DNA of 64,000 nt from Bacteroidota bacterium (lineage in GTDB: Bacteria; Bacteroidota; Bacteroidia; Bacteroidales; UBA4417), in the NCBI GenBank assembly GCA_022711175.1, contig JAKLFM010000001.1, positions 69,780 through 133,779 on the forward strand. Direction: 5' to 3'. The position numbers and the translations under genes are program-made. The notes under the pieces are model-generated. The model worked only from the letters and a program-made list of their open reading frames with translations, ran no database searches and was not told the DNA's origin. Numbering within the stretch: position 1 is the stretch's first letter; each line of letters opens with the position of its first letter. Shown in pieces: positions 9,620 through 18,627 of the stretch.

Positions 9620-10831
9620 ATGAGTGTTACTACAGCAAACAACCAGCTTAATAACCCGTTCTACGTTGAAGTAAACGTGGTTCATAAAAATTATGACCTG
9701 GAACGTATTTGCGGCGACCATTTCCTTTCGAAGCGCATTTATGAAGAAAACAGGATCATTGCCGTACTCAGCGATGGTATGGGTCATGGCGTGAAGGCAG
9801 CAATGCTTTCGACGCTTACAGCTACAATGGCTCTCAACCTCACCGAAGAACACAAGGATGTGCAGCGTATTGCCGAAATCATTATGAATACGCTGCCGGT
9901 TTGCAGCGAACGCAAAATGAGTTACAGCACCTTTACAATTGTTGACATTGAAATTGACGGCTATACCAGGATACTTGAATACGATAACCCGCAGACTATT
10001 ATCCTGCGTGGCAATAAGATCCTCGACCCCGACTGGCAAACCATTACATTAGTGTCGGAAAAAAATGCCGGCAAGGAACTCCGCACATGTTCGTTTGTAC
10101 CACAAAAAGAAGACCGCATTGTTTTTTGCTCCGATGGAGTGGCACAATCGGGGATGGGTGGTACAAAGTATCCTTTTGGTTATGGCCAGGAGAACATGGC
10201 AAAATATATGCAGGAACTCATCACAAGCGATAAAACCATTTCGGGCGCGCAACTAGCCGCAAAAATGGTAAACATGGCAGTGATGAATGACAACTATCAT
10301 CCGAAAGACGATACCAGCTGTGCAGTTATTTATTTCCGCGAACCCCGGCGACTGCTCATTTGTACCGGCCCTCCTTACGAAGAAACCAAAGACACAGAAC
10401 TTGCAGAAGTGGTAAAGGCTTTCGACGGTAAAAAGATCATTTGCGGCGCTACCACCGGCGATATAATCAGCCGCGAACTCGGAGTTCCTATTATCGACAG
10501 TTTTGAATTTGATGATACCGACCTGCCGCCCGTTTCGTTTATGGATGGTATTGATCTTGTTACCGAAGGCATTCTTACATTGGGCAAGGTTTCGGAAATC
10601 CTGAAGAATCATTCGCAGAAGTATAAACTCGGCAAAGGCCCTGCCGATCAAATAGTAAGGCTGTTGCTCGACAGCGACGATATTCACTTCATTATCGGAA
10701 CGCGTATCAACATCGCTCACCAGGACCCGAGTCTGCCGGTCGAGCTCGAAATCAGACGCACGGTTGTCCGCCGTATTGCAAGGCTGCTCGAAGATAAGTT
10801 CCTGAAAGAAGTGACGATGAATTTTATTTAA
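9620..10831 (+). CDS. PP2C/SpoIIE-family serine phosphatase with an uncharacterised C-terminal module of about 165 aa
   Basis: CGDHF...VLSDGMGHGVKAAMLS...FCSDGV...DDTSC are typical SpoIIE/PP2C metal-binding motifs. The gene starts 17 nt after the PAS-sensor stop. Confidence 0.8.
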   Translation: MSVTTANNQLNNPFYVEVNVVHKNYDLERICGDHFLSKRIYEENRIIAVLSDGMGHGVKAAMLSTLTATMALNLTEEHKDVQRIAEIIMNTLPVCSERKMSYSTFTIVDIEIDGYTRILEYDNPQTIILRGNKILDPDWQTITLVSEKNAGKELRTCSFVPQKEDRIVFCSDGVAQSGMGGTKYPFGYGQENMAKYMQELITSDKTISGAQLAAKMVNMAVMNDNYHPKDDTSCAVIYFREPRRLLICTGPPYEETKDTELAEVVKAFDGKKIICGATTGDIISRELGVPIIDSFEFDDTDLPPVSFMDGIDLVTEGILTLGKVSEILKNHSQKYKLGKGPADQIVRLLLDSDDIHFIIGTRINIAHQDPSLPVELEIRRTVVRRIARLLEDKFLKEVTMNFI

Positions 10832-10965
10832 CGCAGAAGCAGCTTTATTATCGACAAACGGGAATACAACCTACTGCCAGTCCGTTTCTTACAAAAAAAA
10901 GCCTATCAGACTGGCTGGCAGGCTTAATAAGAACTTAATAGTCAGTTCGATTGCCGGTGAAATGG

Positions 10966-11760
10966 TTATTCACACACTACATCAGCATGGCTGCCATCCC
11001 AGCAATGCCAGTTTGAGTCACTGTAATGGCCAGGATCTTTTACCCGTCCGTTTTGGTTTGTGCGGTGCCATTTTATCTCAGTAAGATTGGTATTGGCAGT
11101 GTAAAAAATGTTGTAGAAAGCATTAAAATCAGCTTCGTTGTTGATTCCATAGACAATATAAGTACCTTTATTACTGCTTGTTACAAGCACATTTTCATAC
11201 TTGATATCTGCAGAGCCATCGGTGTTTTTATGCCATGTGATTTTGATAAAATCCTGGTTGTTAACCGGATCGTTCTTTAAAATCCATGAACCTTCGGTGC
11301 CCGCGAGGTTCGATTGGCCTGAATACCATTCAAAATCGCTGAATGAGCCATTTTTAGTAACGTACATTTCCCAGTTTACACCGTTTGTTATGAAACTGCC
11401 ATGCAACTCGGCGAGGTAAACATCGCTGCCAACCGTAACGTTGTACGACCATACCCAGCTTTCGGTTGCCGGATCATACACCGCTTCGTGATTGAAAGCT
11501 TCTCTGAACGAAGCAACAGGCACAGCCAGGTTAACAGTAAGTATTGTATTCCAAATACTTACATTGGCAACTGCCCAAAGATAATGTAAGTGTGTTGCAG
11601 CTGTTGATTTTTCACCACCGCTAAAGTCGCTCATATCCATAATAAAGGTGGACTCGGGTGGCAGTGTTGGTGCGGTTTTCTCTTCGTCTTTTTTACACGA
11701 AAAATGGGTTGTTGCAAGCAAAATAATCAGGACGCCGGAAACAAGAACTTTGGTTTTCAT
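10966..11760 (-). CDS. Hypothetical lipoprotein
   Basis: A signal peptide with lipobox (LLATTHFSCKKD) is present. I recognise no family. Confidence 0.6.
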   Translation of the reverse strand: MKTKVLVSGVLIILLATTHFSCKKDEEKTAPTLPPESTFIMDMSDFSGGEKSTAATHLHYLWAVANVSIWNTILTVNLAVPVASFREAFNHEAVYDPATESWVWSYNVTVGSDVYLAELHGSFITNGVNWEMYVTKNGSFSDFEWYSGQSNLAGTEGSWILKNDPVNNQDFIKITWHKNTDGSADIKYENVLVTSSNKGTYIVYGINNEADFNAFYNIFYTANTNLTEIKWHRTNQNGRVKDPGHYSDSNWHCWDGSHADVVCE

Positions 11761-12032
11761 TGGCTTTAAAGGTTAATTAGATGAATAACGATTTTATTAT
11801 GAATTTGTTTTGCAATCCGAACTATTGTCCGGCGAGGTTGAAACATTACTCCAAAAAGAATGCCAAAGAGCAGGTAACACAAAAATCAAGGTATGTCAAA
11901 GCTTTTTATCTGGCCCGACACACTCAAAAGTACATGCGCTGAACAAAGTAACAGTTAGGGCAACCTGCAGCATTTTTACAAAGATGCTTTTAATAGAGTG
12001 TATGAAGCCTGAATTTTGGGTATGACCATTTT

Positions 12033-12530
12033 TCAAATCATCGTATCGGGATTTTCGAGTTTTATCTTTTCGCCCGGGTTGAGGTTCATATCGCCGGCCA
12101 TTTTTTCGACTGAAGGCCAGAGTGTAGCAAAGTAAGCAATGATGGCTATTCCTATTCCAAGTATGATCATGTTGCCGGTAAGCATAAATGCTACGATGGC
12201 GAAAAATGATGGCCCTTCGGTTGTGGCGTACTTGACAATGAGTGCCGCACGGTAATCGTTCAGTTTTTCCGAAAAGTTTCTTCGTTCACTGAGAGCAGTC
12301 ATCCGGCTGTTGAAAATATAAATTCCGGCACCAATAATAGCGGCAGCGAGCAGTATTACCGCTATAAGCAGTATTTTTTCAAATGAAAAGGTCGCCGGAA
12401 ATGTTCCTGATTTTATCATAAACCAAGCTACTACGGCAAAGAAAACCTGCCCGGCCAATAATGCTCCGAAAATTATTTTCAACGACTTAAGGTATGAGCC
12501 GGTGGTTGGGGTTAGTGGATTGGTGTCCAT
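12033..12530 (-). CDS. Hypothetical membrane protein (about 4 TM)
   Basis: Four hydrophobic segments are visible. I recognise no family. Confidence 0.55.
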   Translation of the reverse strand: MDTNPLTPTTGSYLKSLKIIFGALLAGQVFFAVVAWFMIKSGTFPATFSFEKILLIAVILLAAAIIGAGIYIFNSRMTALSERRNFSEKLNDYRAALIVKYATTEGPSFFAIVAFMLTGNMIILGIGIAIIAYFATLWPSVEKMAGDMNLNPGEKIKLENPDTMI

Positions 12531-12600
12531 CGGGTATAAAATATAGTTGTCTTATAATAAGCCTGATTTCGGTTTACTTCAGCATTTGAACAACATATGC

Positions 12601-13029
12601 TTAAAAGCAACTCCAACTTACAAGCGTGAGCTGCTCATCAAGAAAATAGAAGTCAACCTGGCCATCGTCAAACGAAACACGCAGTTCGCCCCAGGTTTCC
12701 TCATCGTCTTCCATGTCAGTAAAACCATTGTCGAGCATGAGCTGCACAATCTGCTGCTGTTTCATGGCAAAGATTTTTTGTCCGAAAAGCGTGGTCTCAA
12801 TATTATCCGACTCAATGGTACAAAGCAGGGGCTCAACCGACGTAGCATCGAAAAAGAAATTCAGTCCCTGGTCAGGATAGTTCCAAACGATGCTCTCCAG
12901 TGTTCCATCACAGGCATTATCAAGTTCTTCGATATCAGCAGGTTCGCCAAAACGTTTCCTGATATCTTCGGTTGTGCTTTTAAATTTCAGACCTGCAAGG
13001 CCTTCTTTAATTTTGATTTCTATTGTCAT
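12601..13029 (-). CDS. Hypothetical acidic cytoplasmic protein (142 aa)
   Basis: The composition is balanced and protein-like. I prefer it over the overlapping plus-strand ORF 12547..13044. Confidence 0.5.
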   Translation of the reverse strand: MTIEIKIKEGLAGLKFKSTTEDIRKRFGEPADIEELDNACDGTLESIVWNYPDQGLNFFFDATSVEPLLCTIESDNIETTLFGQKIFAMKQQQIVQLMLDNGFTDMEDDEETWGELRVSFDDGQVDFYFLDEQLTLVSWSCF

Positions 13030-13227
13030 CTTTATTCTTATTGAATTCTTGTAATGTTTTGGGATTTAACTTTTTTTTATTACCGGTTTCCCTTTAATGA
13101 TTACTTTGAGAAGCTTCAAATTGTTGGACTCGCAATTATTGCATTTCTTTATATCATTGCCAAATTTCGCTCCATTGATTAGTAGTATAGTATCGTGTCG
13201 TTGTAAAGCCGGGACCTCGCTCACCAC

Positions 13228-14064
13228 TTAATCTGCTACATGATTTACTTCTGCTTTCTGCAACGGTGAATCGTGCTCGCGCGAAAGCCGTCGAAACGAA
13301 GCCCTTTCTACAAGGCCGGGCAGCCATTTTGAGAAAAACACCGTGAGCTTTCCTTCAACCAGAGTAAGAATGAGGCTGCGACGACGGTGGATAACGGCCC
13401 GGTAAATTTTTGCAGCCACAGTTTCGGCACTCATCATTTTCGATTCATCGCGCGGAGTTTCGCCCTGTGCCTTCCCGGTAGCCGTTAGTGCTGTTTTGCG
13501 AATGTTTGATGTTGTGAATCCCGGTGAGACAATGAGTACATGCAGCCCTGTTTTGAGGTTTTCGACACGCAGTGTTTTGAGGAAGCCGTGCATGGCAAAC
13601 TTTGATGCCGAGTAGCCTGACCGGGCAGGCATTCCTATATGCCCGGCAATTGAGATTACTCCCACAACCGAACCATGTGAATGCAGCAGGTATGGAAGTG
13701 CAAATTTGGTACAATACACTGTTCCCCAGAAGTTTATATCCATCAGCTTTCGCAGCACGTCCAGTTCAACGTCCTGGAATAGCGCCCTCATGCTGATGCC
13801 TGCATTGTTGACCAGCACATCTATCCTGCCAAAAGCTTCCATGGTTTTGTCCACCAGATGGCGGCAATCCTGCTCTTTGCTCACATCACACTGAACCGAA
13901 ACAGCCGTCCCACCTTTGCTTGTTATAGATTCTTCAATGTTTTTAAGTTGTTCAAAACTCCGTGCGGCAAGCACAACTTTTGATCCGTGCCTGCCGAACT
14001 CAAATGCAAGCGCTTTCCCGATCCCTGACGAAGCGCCTGTTATGATAACGACTTTATCTTTCAT
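13228..14064 (-). CDS. Short-chain dehydrogenase/reductase (SDR)
   Basis: The protein has TGASSGIGKA, NNAG and a YSASK catalytic motif. Confidence 0.88.
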   Translation of the reverse strand: MKDKVVIITGASSGIGKALAFEFGRHGSKVVLAARSFEQLKNIEESITSKGGTAVSVQCDVSKEQDCRHLVDKTMEAFGRIDVLVNNAGISMRALFQDVELDVLRKLMDINFWGTVYCTKFALPYLLHSHGSVVGVISIAGHIGMPARSGYSASKFAMHGFLKTLRVENLKTGLHVLIVSPGFTTSNIRKTALTATGKAQGETPRDESKMMSAETVAAKIYRAVIHRRRSLILTLVEGKLTVFFSKWLPGLVERASFRRLSREHDSPLQKAEVNHVAD

Positions 14065-14296
14065 AATTAAAACGACGTCACAATAATACGGAAATATTTC
14101 CCGGCAAGCAACCTGTCGGCATTCACTTATAATAATTTAACATCCATAATGCAATAGAGCGTATAAAATCTAACGGGTGTCATCACCTGTTTTGCTGGAT
14201 TGACTAACAATTGAATCGGCAACACCAAATCATTTAACAACTCATGACCCCGAACCGTCACTCTTACTATCTTTGAAATCAAATTCAAACAACAGT

Positions 14297-15490
14297 ATGC
14301 TCAGTAACAGGGAACTGTTTTATCGATTCCTGGCACAAACCAGCGAGGCGCCGCTTGCCCTGGAGATTACAAACGCGGAGGGCATTTGGTTAACTGGCGC
14401 TGACGGCCAAAAATACATGGACCTGATTTCGGGAATCTCGGTAAGCAATACCGGGCATCGCCATCCCGAAGTTGTGAAAACCATTAAGGATCAGGCGGAC
14501 CGCTACCTTCACCTCATGGTTTACGGCGAATATATTGAAGCGCCACAAGCCCGGTTGGCAGAAAAAATCGCTTCTCTCCTGCCCTCTACACTTTCAAATG
14601 TATATTTTGTAAACAGTGGTTCCGAAGCTGTGGAAGGTGCCCTGAAACTTGCCAAACGCTATACCGGTCGCAAGGAAATTGTAGCCTTTAACAATGCTTA
14701 CCACGGCAGCTCGCACGGAAGTCTCAGTGTAATGGGCAATGCTGATATGCGCGATCCTTTCGGGCCATTGTTACCGGGCATCCGCCATATTGTAATGAAC
14801 GACGTCAAATCTCTGTCGGTCATTACCCGCGATACTGCCTGCGTCATTATAGAACCTGTGCAGGGCGAAGCCGGGGTGATTGCTGCAACACAGGAATTTA
14901 TGAATGCATTGCGCAATCGATGCTCCGAAACCGGCGCCCTGCTTATATTCGACGAAGTTCAGACGGGTTTCGGTCGCACCGGCAGCATGTTTGCTTTAGA
15001 ACAATATCATGTTGTACCCGATATTATTGTAATTGCCAAAGGCATGGGCGGCGGAATGCCCATCGGTGCTTTTGTTTCGTCGAAGGAGATCATGCACACC
15101 CTGAGCAACAATCCCGCCCTGGGACATATCACAACCTTTGGCGGCCACCCGGTGAGTTGTGCGGCTGCATTCGCCAATATCAATGTCATTCAAAATGAGA
15201 ATCTAATTGAGGTCGTCAATACTAAAAGTGAGCTCTTCAGGCAAATGCTGGCCGGCCATCCTGCCGTAGTTAACTATCGCAGTGCAGGGCTTATGATCGC
15301 CGTTGAACTGAAAGACGAAGCCACGGTACAAACCATTATACACCAATGCCTTGATGGCGGGCTCATTCTCGACTGGTTCCTGTTTAACCCGAAATCAATA
15401 CGCATCTCACCGCCGCTTATCATCGATGCATATGAAATAACTGATGCCTGTAAAATTATAGTTAAAGCACTTGACAATGTCCTATATTAG
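14297..15490 (+). CDS. Class-III (acetylornithine/ornithine-type) PLP aminotransferase
   Basis: Family hallmarks are GSEAVEGALKLAKRYTG, FDEVQTGFGRTG and the PLP lysine in AKGMGGG. I prefer ATG 14297; the ORF-track start at 14273 is a TTG. Confidence 0.85.
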   Translation: MLSNRELFYRFLAQTSEAPLALEITNAEGIWLTGADGQKYMDLISGISVSNTGHRHPEVVKTIKDQADRYLHLMVYGEYIEAPQARLAEKIASLLPSTLSNVYFVNSGSEAVEGALKLAKRYTGRKEIVAFNNAYHGSSHGSLSVMGNADMRDPFGPLLPGIRHIVMNDVKSLSVITRDTACVIIEPVQGEAGVIAATQEFMNALRNRCSETGALLIFDEVQTGFGRTGSMFALEQYHVVPDIIVIAKGMGGGMPIGAFVSSKEIMHTLSNNPALGHITTFGGHPVSCAAAFANINVIQNENLIEVVNTKSELFRQMLAGHPAVVNYRSAGLMIAVELKDEATVQTIIHQCLDGGLILDWFLFNPKSIRISPPLIIDAYEITDACKIIVKALDNVLY

Positions 15491-15493
15491 CTT

Positions 15494-17734
15494 ATGAAGA
15501 ACGTTACCGCATTCAGGATTCAGATCTTTGTTACTGCATTTGCACTAGCCTTATATGTCAATTCAGGTGCACAGACTATCTACACCGGTAATAATTTTGT
15601 TACCATTCCTTCGGGCAGTACTCCCGGACAGATAACTGAACTAGCAGCCAGTGTTACTCCGTCGCGGCGCCAGCTCAACTGGCAGGAAATGGAAATGACT
15701 GCCTTCATCCATTTCACGGTAAACACCTATTATAATCAGGAATGGGGACAGGGCACCGAAGACCCTGCCGTTTTCAACCCAGTTCAATTCGATGCAAATC
15801 AATGGGTTAGCACATGCCGCGAAGCCGGGTTAAAATGTATCATCATGACAGCGAAACATCATGACGGATTTTGCCTTTGGCCGAGCAGGTTTACCAGTCA
15901 CAGCATAGCAGCCAGCCCCTGGCGCGATGGAAAAGGCGACCTTGTGAAGGAAGTTGCGGATGAATGCAGAAAACAGGGAATGAAGTTCGGGATATATCTT
16001 TCGCCCTGGGACAGGCATGAAAAGTCGTATGGCACCGAAGCTTACAATGAACATTTCAGAAATCAACTGACCGAACTGCTTACCAATTATGGCCGTATTG
16101 ACGAGGTATGGTTCGATGGTGCCTGCGGTGAAGGGCCGAATGGCAAGCGGCAGGTTTATAACTGGGAATCGTATTACAGTCTGATAAGGAAATTGCAGCC
16201 CGATGCCGTAATCGCTATCATGGGTCCTGATGTGCGCTGGGTAGGAACCGAGAGCGGCTACGGACGTGAAACCGAATGGAGTGTGGTGCCGGTCGAAGCA
16301 GCCGACCAGGCTGCAATAGCTGCCGGTTCGCAGCAGGCAGCTGAGAATGAAGGATTTATACCACCGGGTGATATGACTGATTTCGACCTGGGCAGCAGGG
16401 ATAAGATCGCCAAAGCAAAAACCCTCATCTGGTATCCTTCGGAGGTTGATGTTTCGATTAGGCCGGGATGGTTCTGGCACGAAAGCGAAAACGACAGGGT
16501 AAAAACACCCGAAAAGTTGCTCGATATTTATTTCAGCTCGGTTGGCCGGAATTCTTTACTGCTGCTCAACATCCCACCCGATACGCGCGGGTTGATACAC
16601 GAAAACGACATCAAATCTTTACGGACATGGCGAAAAGCGCTCGACGACATCTTTGATAAAAACCTTGCTGCAGGTTCAAAAATCAAAGTATTGGACGGAG
16701 GAAACCAGGCTTTGACTAATAAAATGTTTGATAACATCAATGCAACTCACTGGACAACAAGCAATAAAACAACAGCCACTCTGGAATTCAGTTTGCCGGG
16801 CAAGCAACTTTTTGATGTTCTTTTATTGAGCGAAAATATCAGCATAGGGCAGCGAATTGAGAAATTCAGGCTCAGTGCTCATACCGGCGGCAAATGGGTA
16901 ACGGTAACCGAAGGCACAACCGTCGGTTATAAGAGGCTGCTGCACTTCCCGGCTGTAAATACTGATAAAGTACGCCTCGAAATCATTTCATCAAGGCTTA
17001 ACCCCGCCATTGCTGAATTCGGTTTATACAAACTCATCCCCGAGGTTAAAGCCACACCTTCGGCAGCCGCCTTTACCGATTCGGTGACCTTGACACTTGC
17101 TTCGGACCAGGAAAATGTGAGCATCTATTATACACTCGACGGGTCGGAACCGGGAAAAACGTCAAGTTTGTATGAACATCCGATTACGCTCAGCGAAAGC
17201 GCTACTGTGCGGTTTATCGGTTATAGCCCTGACGGCAAACAGAGCTTCGAACGTAAAGCGTACTATTTCAAAACAAAGTACGCGGTCACTTTTGCCAACG
17301 CGCCCGACAGCAGGTACGACGGCGGCGGGCCGCTGGGGCTGGTTGACGGCATTCGTGGCAGCCTCGACCACACGGACGGACACTGGAGCGGCTTCAACGG
17401 TACCGATATGGAAGTAACCATCGACCTGAATAAAGTACTGCCGATCTACGCAATATCAGCAGGTTTCCTGCAGTCAACCAGGTCATGGATATTTCCCCCT
17501 TCAGAAATTGTGTTTGAAATCTCTGCTGACGGAGAAACCTATAACACAGTGAATTCCATTATACCTGAACTGCCTTCAGGCGATGTTGAATCGGTCATAA
17601 AAGCGGCGGTAAAAGTGCAGCGTGATGCCAGGTTTGTAAAGGTAAAGGCCAGGAATTACGGCAAGCTTCCCTCATGGCATCCCGGACACGGAGAGCCGGC
17701 CTGGCTGTTTTGCGATGAAATCGTAATTAATTAA
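15494..17734 (+). CDS. Secreted GH29 alpha-L-fucosidase with C-terminal carbohydrate-binding (F5/8 type C-like) domains
   Basis: A signal peptide is present, along with HHDGFCLWPS and YLSPWDRHE. The C-terminal domains look discoidin-like. Confidence 0.85.
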   Translation: MKNVTAFRIQIFVTAFALALYVNSGAQTIYTGNNFVTIPSGSTPGQITELAASVTPSRRQLNWQEMEMTAFIHFTVNTYYNQEWGQGTEDPAVFNPVQFDANQWVSTCREAGLKCIIMTAKHHDGFCLWPSRFTSHSIAASPWRDGKGDLVKEVADECRKQGMKFGIYLSPWDRHEKSYGTEAYNEHFRNQLTELLTNYGRIDEVWFDGACGEGPNGKRQVYNWESYYSLIRKLQPDAVIAIMGPDVRWVGTESGYGRETEWSVVPVEAADQAAIAAGSQQAAENEGFIPPGDMTDFDLGSRDKIAKAKTLIWYPSEVDVSIRPGWFWHESENDRVKTPEKLLDIYFSSVGRNSLLLLNIPPDTRGLIHENDIKSLRTWRKALDDIFDKNLAAGSKIKVLDGGNQALTNKMFDNINATHWTTSNKTTATLEFSLPGKQLFDVLLLSENISIGQRIEKFRLSAHTGGKWVTVTEGTTVGYKRLLHFPAVNTDKVRLEIISSRLNPAIAEFGLYKLIPEVKATPSAAAFTDSVTLTLASDQENVSIYYTLDGSEPGKTSSLYEHPITLSESATVRFIGYSPDGKQSFERKAYYFKTKYAVTFANAPDSRYDGGGPLGLVDGIRGSLDHTDGHWSGFNGTDMEVTIDLNKVLPIYAISAGFLQSTRSWIFPPSEIVFEISADGETYNTVNSIIPELPSGDVESVIKAAVKVQRDARFVKVKARNYGKLPSWHPGHGEPAWLFCDEIVIN

Positions 17735-17749
17735 TTGATATTCTTGCTG

Positions 17750-18430
17750 ATGGCTTTTAGGTTATTCCAGAAAACGCTTTCGTTCCCCGACCCCGAAGAA
17801 GCCGATGATTCCGGTTTGCTCGCTGTGGGCGGCGACCTGAGCGTGGAACGGTTGAAACTGGCCTATTCAAAAGGCATTTTCCCGTGGTATGAGGAAGGAA
17901 TGCCAGTACTGTGGTGGTCGCCCGATCCTCGTATGGTGCTGTTTCCTGATAAAATGATCGTTTCACACAGCCTCAGGCAAACGTTAAAAAAAGATCTTTT
18001 TACTATAACCTACGACACTTGCTTTGAGGAAGTTGTTGAGCAATGTTCTTCCACTCCGCGGGCGGTACAGGAAGGCACGTGGATTACCGGCGATATGAAA
18101 AATGCTTACAACAAACTGCACAAAGCGGGCTATGCCCATTCGGCCGAGACGTGGCACAACGGGCAACTGGTGGGAGGACTTTACGGTGTGGCTTTGGGAA
18201 GAGCATTCTTCGGCGAATCCATGTTTCACCGCATGACCAACGCTTCGAAAGTGGCTCTGTATTTCCTCCTCCAAAAATTAAGAAGCATGTCGTTCGAAAT
18301 TATTGACGCACAGGTATATACCAACCACCTCGAAAGCCTTGGCGGTGAGTTGTTGCCTCGCACCGTTTTTCTTGAACTGTTGCAGAAAGCGCTTGAAAAA
18401 CCATCCCTTACCGGCAGATGGACAGAATGA
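17750..18430 (+). CDS. aat: Leucyl/phenylalanyl-tRNA--protein transferase
   Basis: LLAVGGDLSVERLKLAYSKGIFPWY and WWSPDPR are Aat hallmarks. I prefer ATG 17750. Confidence 0.88.
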   Translation: MAFRLFQKTLSFPDPEEADDSGLLAVGGDLSVERLKLAYSKGIFPWYEEGMPVLWWSPDPRMVLFPDKMIVSHSLRQTLKKDLFTITYDTCFEEVVEQCSSTPRAVQEGTWITGDMKNAYNKLHKAGYAHSAETWHNGQLVGGLYGVALGRAFFGESMFHRMTNASKVALYFLLQKLRSMSFEIIDAQVYTNHLESLGGELLPRTVFLELLQKALEKPSLTGRWTE

Positions 18431-18627
18431 AGGCGAAATCTTTCAGGTGAATCAAATCTATCAGGCTGTCCCGAAAGTCTCTGAGACCATGTGTGCTTCC
18501 TCACAACAACTCTGTATAGTCCACCAGTCACACTGCTTGTCTCATTATAACGACAGGTAATCAATACGTCAGCTTGAAAGAGGCTGTAAATAAGGCCTCA
18601 TGCGGCTACCAGTGTTTTGTCGCAGGC

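Noticed and set aside
3074-10831. I looked for hydrogenase maturase genes (hydE, hydF, hydG) or a rex gene within the hydrogenase locus.
   Set aside because: No radical-SAM HydE/HydG-like or GTPase HydF-like ORF, and no Rex-like ORF, is present in this window. They must be encoded elsewhere if they exist, so I make no claim about them.
9620-10831. I noticed a possible STAS/anti-sigma-antagonist-like motif (VSFMDGIDLV versus the FMDSSG of SpoIIAA) in the C-terminal module of the PP2C phosphatase.
   Set aside because: The resemblance is limited to a few residues, the phosphorylatable Ser is absent, and the surrounding sequence does not follow the STAS pattern. This is too weak to call without a profile search.
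11810-12025. A 71-aa ORF lies in the gap between the lipoprotein and the membrane-protein genes.
   Set aside because: It has no motifs, a Cys/Lys-rich odd composition and a TTG-type start. It is probably non-coding promoter or terminator space.
12547-13044. A 165-aa plus-strand ORF fully overlaps the minus-strand ORF 12601-13029.
   Set aside because: The translation is Cys/Phe/Ile-rich and not protein-like. The minus-strand product has a balanced, acidic composition. Only one of the two can be real, and I kept the minus-strand gene with moderate confidence.
15830-16480. Several long antisense ORFs lie inside well-supported genes. They include 15830-16480, 45593-46180, 56396-56944, 24642-25100, 10253-10720 and 9584-10039.
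   Set aside because: Each lies entirely within, and opposite to, a gene with strong family motifs. All are typical shadow ORFs.
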